Assembly: GCA_001798185.1 (NCBI GenBank) | Contig: MGRM01000004.1 | Span: 56,264 to 120,263, forward strand | DNA length: 64,000 bases | Source: Deltaproteobacteria bacterium RIFCSPHIGHO2_02_FULL_44_16 | Lineage (GTDB): Bacteria > UBA10199 > 2-02-FULL-44-16 | Reading direction: 5' to 3' | In this document: positions 17,883 through 26,251 of the stretch, in pieces | How the letters are laid out: each line of letters opens with the position of its first letter | Numbering within the stretch: the first letter of the stretch is position 1 | Notes under the pieces: generated by a model | Database searches by the model: none | The model's input: the letters and a program-made list of their open reading frames with translations, nothing else | Told to the model about the DNA's origin: nothing | Position numbers and translations under genes: made by a program

Positions 17883-19151
17883 GTGGAAAAATCAAATAAA
17901 TCGAAGCTTCAAGAGATCATCGCTTGCAAAAAGATCGAAGTCCTAGAGCTTGAAACACTTCGAATCAACGCACGAAATGCCCGTCTCCACGACGACCACC
18001 AGATTGCTCAGCTAATGAAGAGTATCGATAAATTCGGGTTCACGGTTCCGATCCTCATTGACGAAAATAAAATGGTGATCGCCGGGCACGGTCGTCTTGA
18101 AGCTTTGAAGAGGCTTGGCCACAAGCTGGCTCCGGTCATCCTCATCAATCACTTAACTGAGAATGAAAAACGCGCCTATATCTTGGCCGACAATCAGATC
18201 CCCATGCTTGCGGATTGGGACCTCACCCTCTTAAGGGAAGAGTTGGATTTCTTAGATCAAGAAGGCTTCGAACTTGAAGACATCGGATTCGGAGATGAAG
18301 AGATAGAAAATACTTTTGCTGCAGAACTGGAAGAATATTCGCAAGGTCTGACGGATGAAAATGAAATTCCATCTCCGCAAAAACAAAAAACTCAGCTGGG
18401 TGATATCTATCAATTAGGTTCTCACCGACTCATGTGTGGCGATGCGACTAAGGCTGACCACGTAGAAAAACTCCTAGGCGATGCCAAACCTTTATTGCTG
18501 GTAACCGATCCTCCTTATGGTGTGAGCTATGAACCCGAATGGCGAAACGAAGCGGCGGAAAAAGGAAAGATTGCTTACGCTGCACGTGCCTTGGGGAAAG
18601 TTGAAAACGATGACCGCTTTGACTGGACCGAAGCTATCCATCTCTTTGGCGGAGACGTTGTTTATGTCTGGCATGCCGGCGTTTATGCTGCCCAAGTCGC
18701 CGAGAGCCTTACCCAAGCCGGTTATGAAATACGCTCGCAGATCATTTGGGCAAAACAAGGTTTAGTCATTTCCCGAGGCCACTATCACTGGCAGCATGAA
18801 CCCTGTTGGTATGCGGTAAAGAAAGGAAAGACTGGCCATTGGTCGGGAGATAGAAAGCAAACAACTCTTTGGCAAATTCCGAATCGTAATCCACGCGGTG
18901 GTGAAATCGAAGATTCCAATACGGAACATAGCACCCAAAAGCCCGTTGAATGCATGCGCCGCCCAATCGTGAACAACACCAAGCGAGGAGATAGTGTTTA
19001 CGATGCTTTTCTGGGCAGTGGCACCACGTTGATTGCTGCCGAAAGTACGCAGCGAGTTTGTTACGGAATGGAAATTGATCCCCGCTACTGCGACATGGCC
19101 GTCAAACGCTGGGAAGATTTTACCGGCAAAGAGGCTCAACGCTTGAGGTAG
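17883..19151 (+). CDS. ParB-like nuclease domain fused to an N6/N4 DNA methyltransferase
   Basis: ParB box (VIAGHGRLEA), DPPYG catalytic motif, and AdoMet motif VYDAFLGSGTT. GTG start. Confidence 0.8.
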   Translation: MEKSNKSKLQEIIACKKIEVLELETLRINARNARLHDDHQIAQLMKSIDKFGFTVPILIDENKMVIAGHGRLEALKRLGHKLAPVILINHLTENEKRAYILADNQIPMLADWDLTLLREELDFLDQEGFELEDIGFGDEEIENTFAAELEEYSQGLTDENEIPSPQKQKTQLGDIYQLGSHRLMCGDATKADHVEKLLGDAKPLLLVTDPPYGVSYEPEWRNEAAEKGKIAYAARALGKVENDDRFDWTEAIHLFGGDVVYVWHAGVYAAQVAESLTQAGYEIRSQIIWAKQGLVISRGHYHWQHEPCWYAVKKGKTGHWSGDRKQTTLWQIPNRNPRGGEIEDSNTEHSTQKPVECMRRPIVNNTKRGDSVYDAFLGSGTTLIAAESTQRVCYGMEIDPRYCDMAVKRWEDFTGKEAQRLR

Positions 19152-19154
19152 GCT

Positions 19155-19649
19155 ATGCCTAAAAAATCTCCTGACGGGAAACTGATGTCGATGTCCTCGT
19201 ATGCAAAACATCGCAAGGTATCGCTTGCAGCAGTTCAAGATGCTTTGCAGCGCGGACGAATTCATTTCAAAGATGTGAGAGGAAAATGGATCGACCCTCT
19301 GCAGGCCGATAGAGATTGGGTTCAAAATACCGATATGGCGAAGACACGAAAGCATGAGCCCGAAACCAGCCAATCCAAAAATTATGCTGCCGCCCGAGCC
19401 GCACGTGAACATTATCAGGCCCGCCTGGCAAAACTCGAATACGAAGAAAAAAGCGGAAAGCTTATTGATGCTGAGAAAGTGAAAAAGGATGCTTTTGAAC
19501 TCGCGAGGCGGGTTCGGGATCACATTCTCAATATCCCCGACCGAATCAGTGCAGAATTGGTCGGCATCACGGACCAACCGACGATGCATAGCGTCCTTCT
19601 ACGAGAACTCAATACTGCCCTGCAGGAACTTTGTGATCATGAGTTGTGA
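19155..19649 (+). CDS. Terminase small subunit (Nu1-like)
   Basis: N-terminal HTH-like segment, position directly upstream of and overlapping gpA-type terminase, and a coiled C-terminal half. Confidence 0.6.
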   Translation: MPKKSPDGKLMSMSSYAKHRKVSLAAVQDALQRGRIHFKDVRGKWIDPLQADRDWVQNTDMAKTRKHEPETSQSKNYAAARAAREHYQARLAKLEYEEKSGKLIDAEKVKKDAFELARRVRDHILNIPDRISAELVGITDQPTMHSVLLRELNTALQELCDHEL

Positions 19650-21534
19650 CAACTGCTATCGAGGTGGGTTTCTCGATGGATTCAAACCCGATCCCATTCT
19701 CACAGTAAGCGAGTGGGCCGACCGCTATCGAATGCTCTCACAAAGAGCCAGCGCCGAACCCGGACCGTGGAGAACGGAACGAACCCCTTACCTCAAAGAA
19801 ATCATGGACTCGCTTTCTGCAACGAGCTCCGTTCAATCGGTCACCTTCATCAAAGGCGCCCAGCTGGGAGGGACGGAGGCCGGAAGTAATTGGATTGGCT
19901 ATCTCATCGATCATGCTCCAGGTCCGGTCCTCGCAGTGCAACCGACGGTCGAGATGGCCAAGAGAAATTCGAAACAGCGCATTGATCCTTTGATTCAAGA
20001 ATCACCGCGCCTACACGAAAAAGTAAAATCTCCACGTTCTCGTGATTCAGGAAATACCATCCTCACCAAAGAATTTCCCGGGGGCTTGCTGGTCATGACC
20101 GGTGCCAATTCTGCTGTGGGCCTGAGATCCCTTCCCGCCCGCTACCTCTTCCTCGATGAGATTGATGCCTATCCCGGCGATGTGGACGGCGAAGGTGATC
20201 CGGTATCGCTAGCAGAAGCACGTGCGAGAACATTTGCACGTCGAAAGATTTTTAAAGTCTCCACTCCCACCATCGAAGGTCGATCTCGCATCCAATCCTT
20301 TTACGATGAATCCGATCAACGAAAATATGAAGTGCCATGCCCCCGCTGTGGCCATTATCAAGAACTCCTTTGGGAACGCATTCGATGGGACAGAGGAAAC
20401 CCTCAAAGTGCTGTCTATGTTTGTGCCGGCTGTGAACAACCGATCCAGGAGCAGCATAAAACAAAAATGCTTCATACGGGACGATGGGTTGCTCAAAATC
20501 CAAGCTGCCGAAACAGGAAAAATATCGGATTTCATTTGAACAGTCTTTATTCGCCCGTCGGCTGGTTCAGCTGGGCAGATGCCGTCGAGCTTTTCGAGAA
20601 AGCCAAGGATAATCCCGATCGACTGCGAAGCTTCGTGAACACCGTTCTGGGTCAGACCTGGAAAGAAAAAGGCGATGCTCCGGAATGGCGTCGTCTCTTT
20701 GAAAGACGCGAGACCTACGAGTTCAATCAGGTACCACCCGGTGGAATATTTTTGACCGCCGGTGTGGACGTTCAAAAAGACCGTCTGGAATGCGAGATTG
20801 TCGCTTGGGGTGAAGATAAACAAAGCTGGTCCATCGATTATCGTGTCATCAATGGGGATACGAGCGAGGATCATCCTTGGACCGAAGCCTTCGGCTTCCT
20901 TAACGAACAATTTCCGTGTGAAGGTGGTGGCACGCTTTCGATCCGACTCATGGCCATCGATTCGGGTTACAATACCCAAGTTGTCTACAATCATGTGCGC
21001 AAGTATCCAATCAATCGGGTCATCGCCGTGAAAGGTTTTGATTCCCTGCAAACAATCATTGGTCCACCTTCAACGGTCGATGTTGATTCCAAGGGAAGAA
21101 AAATCCGCCGTGGGGTCAGGGTCTGGAAAGTGGGAACAAGCGTAGCAAAGACGGAACTCTATGGTTGGCTTCGCTTGGATAAACCTACAACAGAAGAAGA
21201 ATCTTATCCTGCGGGCTACTGCCATTTCCCCGAATATGATGAACATTATTTTAAGATGCTGACCGCTGAGCAGCTCATCCTGCGTGTCACACGTAACGGT
21301 GGACGGCGTTTTGAATGGGAGAAAATCCGTGAAAGAAACGAAGCCTTGGATTGTCGCACGTATGCTCGTGCGGCAGCTGCCATCGTGGGGCTTGATCGGT
21401 TGAATAAAGCGCAATGGGAACATCTGAAAAGACCGATTGAAACCGAAAAACAAATTCCTCAGGATGAACGACACACGGACGATCAGGCAAAACGACGTTC
21501 CCATTTTTGGAAAAGCGATTCGTCATTCTGGTGA
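19639..21534 (+). CDS. Terminase large subunit (lambda gpA family)
   Basis: VSEWADRYRMLS...GPWRTERTPYLKEIMD, Walker-like KGAQLGGTE, LFLDEID, and Zn-ribbon CPRCGH...CAGC. Start at ATG 19639, overlapping the terS stop. Confidence 0.85.
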   Translation: MSCDNCYRGGFLDGFKPDPILTVSEWADRYRMLSQRASAEPGPWRTERTPYLKEIMDSLSATSSVQSVTFIKGAQLGGTEAGSNWIGYLIDHAPGPVLAVQPTVEMAKRNSKQRIDPLIQESPRLHEKVKSPRSRDSGNTILTKEFPGGLLVMTGANSAVGLRSLPARYLFLDEIDAYPGDVDGEGDPVSLAEARARTFARRKIFKVSTPTIEGRSRIQSFYDESDQRKYEVPCPRCGHYQELLWERIRWDRGNPQSAVYVCAGCEQPIQEQHKTKMLHTGRWVAQNPSCRNRKNIGFHLNSLYSPVGWFSWADAVELFEKAKDNPDRLRSFVNTVLGQTWKEKGDAPEWRRLFERRETYEFNQVPPGGIFLTAGVDVQKDRLECEIVAWGEDKQSWSIDYRVINGDTSEDHPWTEAFGFLNEQFPCEGGGTLSIRLMAIDSGYNTQVVYNHVRKYPINRVIAVKGFDSLQTIIGPPSTVDVDSKGRKIRRGVRVWKVGTSVAKTELYGWLRLDKPTTEEESYPAGYCHFPEYDEHYFKMLTAEQLILRVTRNGGRRFEWEKIRERNEALDCRTYARAAAAIVGLDRLNKAQWEHLKRPIETEKQIPQDERHTDDQAKRRSHFWKSDSSFW

Positions 21535-21539
21535 CACTC

Positions 21540-21740
21540 ATGCCCTTTACCCAATCACAACTCAACGCGCTTCAAGCGGCGATCGCTCAGGGAACCACTC
21601 GGGTCAAATATCAGGATCGCGAAGTGGAATACCGTTCCCTCTTAGAAATGCTTCAGCTGCTCAATATGATGAGACAGGAACTTGGCCTTGCCTCGGGCAA
21701 GATCGTCGTTAAAAAGGCTGAATTTTCCAAAGGGCTTTAA
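21540..21740 (+). CDS. Head-tail joining protein gpW-like
   Basis: ~66 aa, LNALQAAIAQGTTRVKYQDREVEYRSL, located between terminase and portal as in lambda. Confidence 0.65.
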   Translation: MPFTQSQLNALQAAIAQGTTRVKYQDREVEYRSLLEMLQLLNMMRQELGLASGKIVVKKAEFSKGL

Positions 21741-21741
21741 C

Positions 21742-23235
21742 ATGTCGAAACCAACTACTTTGGATCGCATGATTTCTTATTTTAATCCCAAGGCAGGTGC
21801 CGATCGCGCTCGATACCGTCTTTTGGAAGCGAATCTCCGGTCAATGGAAAAGAGGCGCTATGAGGCTGCAAGCAATAGTCGACGGACCAGTGGATGGATT
21901 GCAAACGACACGAGCTCGAATGCTGAAATAGGAACAGCGCTCCATCGTCTTCGAGCACGATCACGGGATCTTGTCCGCAATAACCCTTATGCCAACCGGG
22001 CAGTTCAGGTGATTTCTTCCAACGTTGTCGGTGCTGGTATTATTCCTCAACCCAAAAACAAAAGAATGGATGAACTTTGGAGCGCATGGGGAGACACAAC
22101 ACTTTGCGATTCTTTAGGTCAGCATAATTTCTATGGGATCCAGGCTCTTGCGATGAGGGAAATCGTTGAATCCGGTGAAATTTTAATCCGCCGCAAAATA
22201 CTGAAGCCAAATACTGGGTCTCCTCTTCCACTTCAATTGCAAGTTTTGGAGGGAGATTTCATAAACGATACCCAAGACAGGCTTCTGGATAATGGTCATT
22301 TTATTCATCAAGGAATTGAGTTTGATCGAAGCGGCCTACGAGTTGCCTATTATCTCTATGTCCAACATCCCGGAGAAAGCCCTCTTTTAGGTACTGGTCT
22401 TGAGACCATCCGAGTTCCCGCAAGTGAAATTCTTCATATCTACCGCATTGATCGGGCTGGCCAGATTCGCGGAGTCCCGTGGGGAACTCCTACCCTTCTG
22501 AAACTGAAAGATTTTGATGAATATGAAGATGCCCAACTCATCCGGCAAAAGATTGCCGCTTGCTTTGCAGCCTTTGTGACGGAACCGGACCCGCCAAGCG
22601 ATCATCATCCCGACAAATCGGGTATTGATAAAAATGTTGAGCCTGGTCTGATTTATGAACTGGCACCGGGAAAACAAATCACCTTCGGCAATCCCCCAAC
22701 GATTGGCGCGGACTATGAGCCCTATGCGACCATCAATTTAAGAGCTGTCGCTACCGGATTCGGTGTCACCTACGAAGCACTCACCCAAGATTACTCCAAG
22801 GTAAATTTCTCCAGCGGTCGGATGGGACACATTGAATTCCATCGGAACATTGATCAATGGCGTTGGCTGATGTTGATCCCTGGCCTTTGCGAGGAAGTAT
22901 GGAACTGGTTTGTGGAAGCTGCAGAACTTGCCAATCTCATCAGCGCAAAACGAATCAAGAAAGCAACATGGACGCCGCCCCGGCGTGAGATGATTGATCC
23001 CGTGAAGGAAACCGAAGCTCAGATCAAGGCCATTCGTGGAGGACTGAAGACGCTCTCAGAAACTATTCGTGAACAAGGTAACGATCCCGAAAAACAATTT
23101 GAAGAAATGAAGCAAGATAATGAATTGCTCGATAAATACCGATTGCAACTGGACAGTGATGCCCGGAAAATGAGCGCCAATGGCATGCAGCTCGGACAAA
23201 ATGGAACACAGGATCAAAATGGAAATGTAGAATAA
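21742..23235 (+). CDS. Portal protein (lambda gpB family)
   Basis: ~497 aa directly after gpW, with RRYEAASNSRRTSGW and NNPYANRAV segments typical of lambda-type portals. Confidence 0.8.
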   Translation: MSKPTTLDRMISYFNPKAGADRARYRLLEANLRSMEKRRYEAASNSRRTSGWIANDTSSNAEIGTALHRLRARSRDLVRNNPYANRAVQVISSNVVGAGIIPQPKNKRMDELWSAWGDTTLCDSLGQHNFYGIQALAMREIVESGEILIRRKILKPNTGSPLPLQLQVLEGDFINDTQDRLLDNGHFIHQGIEFDRSGLRVAYYLYVQHPGESPLLGTGLETIRVPASEILHIYRIDRAGQIRGVPWGTPTLLKLKDFDEYEDAQLIRQKIAACFAAFVTEPDPPSDHHPDKSGIDKNVEPGLIYELAPGKQITFGNPPTIGADYEPYATINLRAVATGFGVTYEALTQDYSKVNFSSGRMGHIEFHRNIDQWRWLMLIPGLCEEVWNWFVEAAELANLISAKRIKKATWTPPRREMIDPVKETEAQIKAIRGGLKTLSETIREQGNDPEKQFEEMKQDNELLDKYRLQLDSDARKMSANGMQLGQNGTQDQNGNVE

Positions 23236-23472
23236 AAAACCCCACCGATCACGCTCATCTCGCTCATAGCGAAATTACGAGTGACCGATGGGGCAAAGCG
23301 CTCTTCGGTCTTCCACTTCTATAGTGGATGACCAGGGTGATTGATCTGGACTCCCTTCAAAGCACGCCTTGTACCTTGCGACACAAGACACTCTCCTGGT
23401 TTCCGTGAAAACCAGGACTCTGGCTTGAAGAACTTTTTACTCCACTTAAGGGAGTGCTGGGGGCGGAACCGA

Positions 23473-23578
23473 CCGCGCGCACCGAAACCCATCATTGTTG
23501 TTGCGGTTGTCAGGGTTGTCGTTGTTGCGATTAGCCGCGCGCGCATTCCTCGCATTATTGTTGAAGGAACCGCCGCCG
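23473..23578 (-). repeat. DGR template repeat (TR)
   Basis: 106-bp gap-free match to VR 25137-25242 (87/106). All 19 mismatches are at TR adenines (T on the + strand). Reads as AAC/AAT-rich codons. Confidence 0.9.
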
Positions 23579-23584
23579 GTGCGA

Positions 23585-24659
23585 TCAATCACCCTTTGGG
23601 ACTCTTTTAAATGCAATCTCAGGCAAAATCAACTCTCTTAATCGCATGGTATCGGCATGTTTTGCGTGGCCAATCCAGGATTGTATAGACTGATTGATCT
23701 GCTTCCACTCAATGGTGCTTTCTCCGTAAAGAAATTGAAATTTTTTTAATTGTCTTTTGAATCGGAGGACATTTTCCCGTTTCAGGCGGCGATGTTCTGA
23801 AGAAATAATCAATCCCAAAAATGGCATCCCTTTATCCGTCGAAAAAATACGACACTTTTTTTCATGAAGCTTTAGGTGAAGCATCGCAAGATACATTTGA
23901 ATGTGACATTTTATATCCCATAAAAATTGTTTGTCGTCGTGTAAAACAGAGAAGTCATCCATGTAACGCAGATAATATCGACACCCTAATTGCTCTTTCA
24001 TGAAATGGTCGAAGCCGTTCAAGTAAATATTGGCAAAAAACTGGGATGTTAAATTGCCTATAGGGATACCTGTTTTGATGGAGTGATGGAGTGATGGAGT
24101 GATGGAGTGATGCAAGGACAGTGCCGTCTCTACCATATTTCTGAGAAGAATCCAAAATCTTCCTGATCAGCCAAAGAGTATCCTTGCAAGCCACTTTCTT
24201 CTCAATCAGTTCGAGCAAGACATCATGATTGATACTGGGAAAATATTGTTGGATGTCGCATTTCAAGGCGTATCGACATTTCTTGGCAAAGCTTTGAAAA
24301 CGATTTATCGCAACATGGGTTCCTTTCCCTTTACGTGTTGCATAGGAATCGTAAATGAACGTGGGATCAAAAATCGGCTCAAGAATATTGTGAATGGCGT
24401 GATGTACCACCCGATCTCGATAGGGAGCAGCGCTGATGATACGCTTCTTGGGTTCAAAAATCTGGAAGTGATGGTACGTTCCAGGCTCATAGCTTTTGGT
24501 CGCTAATTGATGGTGGAGATCCCATAACTCATTCTCGAGAGAAAAATTGAATTTTGCCGTTGAATATTTGAAACGCTTATTCTTCTGCGCGAGCTGCGCA
24601 GCGCACAAGAGATTTTGAAAGGAAATAATTCTTTCATAAAGATGGTTGTGTCGTCTCAT
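23585..24659 (-). pseudogene. DGR-type reverse transcriptase, split into two frames inside an octanucleotide repeat
   Basis: ORF 24659->23955 carries RT motifs 1-3 (PYRDRVVHHAI, CDIQQYFPSI). ORF 24136->23585 carries IGNLTSQ, YMDDF and PFLGL. The frames differ by 1 nt at 24076-24112. Confidence 0.85.
24076..24112. repeat. Tandem octanucleotide repeat (gatggagt x4.5) inside the RT gene
   Basis: Read directly from the sequence: units at 24077-24084, 24085-24092, 24093-24100 and 24101-24108, plus a partial gatg. Confidence 0.95.
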
Positions 24660-24675
24660 GAACAGAGTGGGTTCT

Positions 24676-25017
24676 TTACGCTTTTCCTTGTTGTTTGATC
24701 CAGCCGCCTAATTGCATGCCAATCTCGTTGATCATTTTGGAAATGACCTCGTAGCGATGAAGGTTGATGAGTTTCAAATCTTTGCAAAGACGAACATAAT
24801 AGCGAATCTTTTCCAATTTTATATTGGCTTGTCGAAGAAGAGGAAGTTTAGCCTGTGAGTAACAGGCTTCGAGTAGAATTTCTAAGGTATCAAAGCTGGC
24901 CATTTCCAGACGTTCCCCCAACATATATCGTTGGGACTTGGGAAAGGTTGAAACAGCCGGCACCACATAAAGCAAAAAATCGTAGACCTTGGTAATAATG
25001 AGGGGAGTATTATTCAT
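24676..25017 (-). CDS. avd: Avd-like accessory variability determinant (four-helix-bundle family)
   Basis: 113 aa with YDFLLYVVPAVSTFPKSQRYMLGERL, sitting between the DGR target and the RT. Confidence 0.8.
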   Translation of the reverse strand: MNNTPLIITKVYDFLLYVVPAVSTFPKSQRYMLGERLEMASFDTLEILLEACYSQAKLPLLRQANIKLEKIRYYVRLCKDLKLINLHRYEVISKMINEIGMQLGGWIKQQGKA

Positions 25018-25133
25018 TCATGAGCACATCTCATGTTTTTTGAAAATTTTCAAAAAAATACCCCCGCTTCGCGGGGGCAAGGATAAAAGAGTAAAAGGAC
25101 AAAGAGTTATTATTTAGAGTCCTGGGGGGGCAA

Positions 25134-25979
25134 CTACCGCGCGCACCGAAACCCAACAACGCCGTAGCGGAGGTCAGGGGAGTCGTAGTAGCGAAAAGCC
25201 GCGCGCGCATCCCCCGCACTATCGTAGAAGGAACCGCCGCCGAGTTCTACAAATTGCTTATCAGGATCGGTCAATGGATTTTTTGGGTCTTTACTCGACA
25301 TACGATCATAAAAACGTTCCTCATAAGCATCGCTTGTAGTCTCCCAAACATTTCCTGCCAAATCAATAATTCCAAAACTATTCGCTCGTTCAGGATGTTT
25401 TCCACAAACAGGAGCCGTTGTTCTCGCACCATTATCCCAAATAATGGCCTTATTAATTGGTGTTCCATATTCATCGGTTCCATTTGGCCCCTTTGAAGCT
25501 CTTTGTCTTTCAGCTGCCGTCATCAAACGGGCTCCTAGAGACGCACAATAGTCCACCTTCTCAGAAAGAGTCAGACCAACAACTGGGAAATCTGGCCCTT
25601 TCCTATTTTCAGAAAAATCAGGAACGGATTTTTTAGATTCCGAATTTGTTTCAATTGTAGTGCATTGGCTATCCACAAAAATTTTAGCTGCACTCTTACG
25701 CAATTGATCTAATGTTTTTTCTTGAACTGTTTGAGTGGAAGAACCTCTACTGCAACCAGAGAGTACTGCAGTTAATTGAGATCCCGCTTTGTCTAAAAAT
25801 GCTTGATATTCCCCAACAGAAACTTCATGCTCTTGAAGCTGAAAAGCGGACACCGTGACAGTAACCGTCTTCCCCGTGTTTGTTGTTTCATCAGACTCAC
25901 CATTTGTGGAACCCATCTGAAAGGTTCCTTCAGGAATAGGACGAAACTCATTCGAACAGCTTTTCGCTTCTCCAGCCAT
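25134..25979 (-). CDS. DGR target protein, FGE/C-type-lectin-fold (SUMF1-like) with C-terminal variable region
   Basis: GTFQMGS...VTVSAFQLQEHEVSVGEYQAF, GNVWETTSD, and C-terminal GGGSF...GFRCAR. The last 35 codons are the VR. Confidence 0.85.
   Translation of the reverse strand: MAGEAKSCSNEFRPIPEGTFQMGSTNGESDETTNTGKTVTVTVSAFQLQEHEVSVGEYQAFLDKAGSQLTAVLSGCSRGSSTQTVQEKTLDQLRKSAAKIFVDSQCTTIETNSESKKSVPDFSENRKGPDFPVVGLTLSEKVDYCASLGARLMTAAERQRASKGPNGTDEYGTPINKAIIWDNGARTTAPVCGKHPERANSFGIIDLAGNVWETTSDAYEERFYDRMSSKDPKNPLTDPDKQFVELGGGSFYDSAGDARAAFRYYDSPDLRYGVVGFRCAR
25137..25242 (-). repeat. DGR variable repeat (VR)
   Basis: See TR. Followed 3' (25117-25136) by an IMH-like G/C-rich stretch that differs from the TR-flanking copy, including a 1-nt indel. 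Confidence 0.9.
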
Positions 25980-26251
25980 AAAATGCTCCTCTCTGAAATT
26001 TATCGATCATAAAAATTCCCTGGAATCATTCAACAGGGGTCTTAATACCTGATATATTATCGTCTGGATCTGGAAATTGTTGCTACCGCCAGCTCAAAAA
26101 TTTTGAAGCTTATCCACGCCATAGCAAATAACCCTACGAAATCAAAAGCAGTTTTTTAGGTTCATCCAAGTAAAATTTGTCATCATAATCTTCATTTTTT
26201 CCAAAAATACCGATTGGAACCCATCTTTCCTAGCCTCAATATAGCCAGAAA

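Noticed and set aside
18762-19589. 275-aa minus-strand ORF.
   Set aside because: It lies entirely antisense to the well-supported ParB-methyltransferase and small terminase genes, has no motif and has odd composition. It is a shadow ORF.
20209-21051. 280-aa minus-strand ORF.
   Set aside because: It is antisense to the gpA-type large terminase, whose motifs are continuous on the + strand. It is a shadow ORF.
23319-23610. Two ~89-aa ORFs (both strands) with VVVAV / TTTTLTTATT low-complexity runs.
   Set aside because: They are produced by the AAC/GTT-rich DGR template repeat. The region is better explained as non-coding TR RNA.
24076-24112. Tandem repeat considered as a CRISPR array or minisatellite.
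   Set aside because: The units are 8 nt with no spacers and lie inside a coding region, so this is not a CRISPR array. No CRISPR array was seen anywhere in the window.
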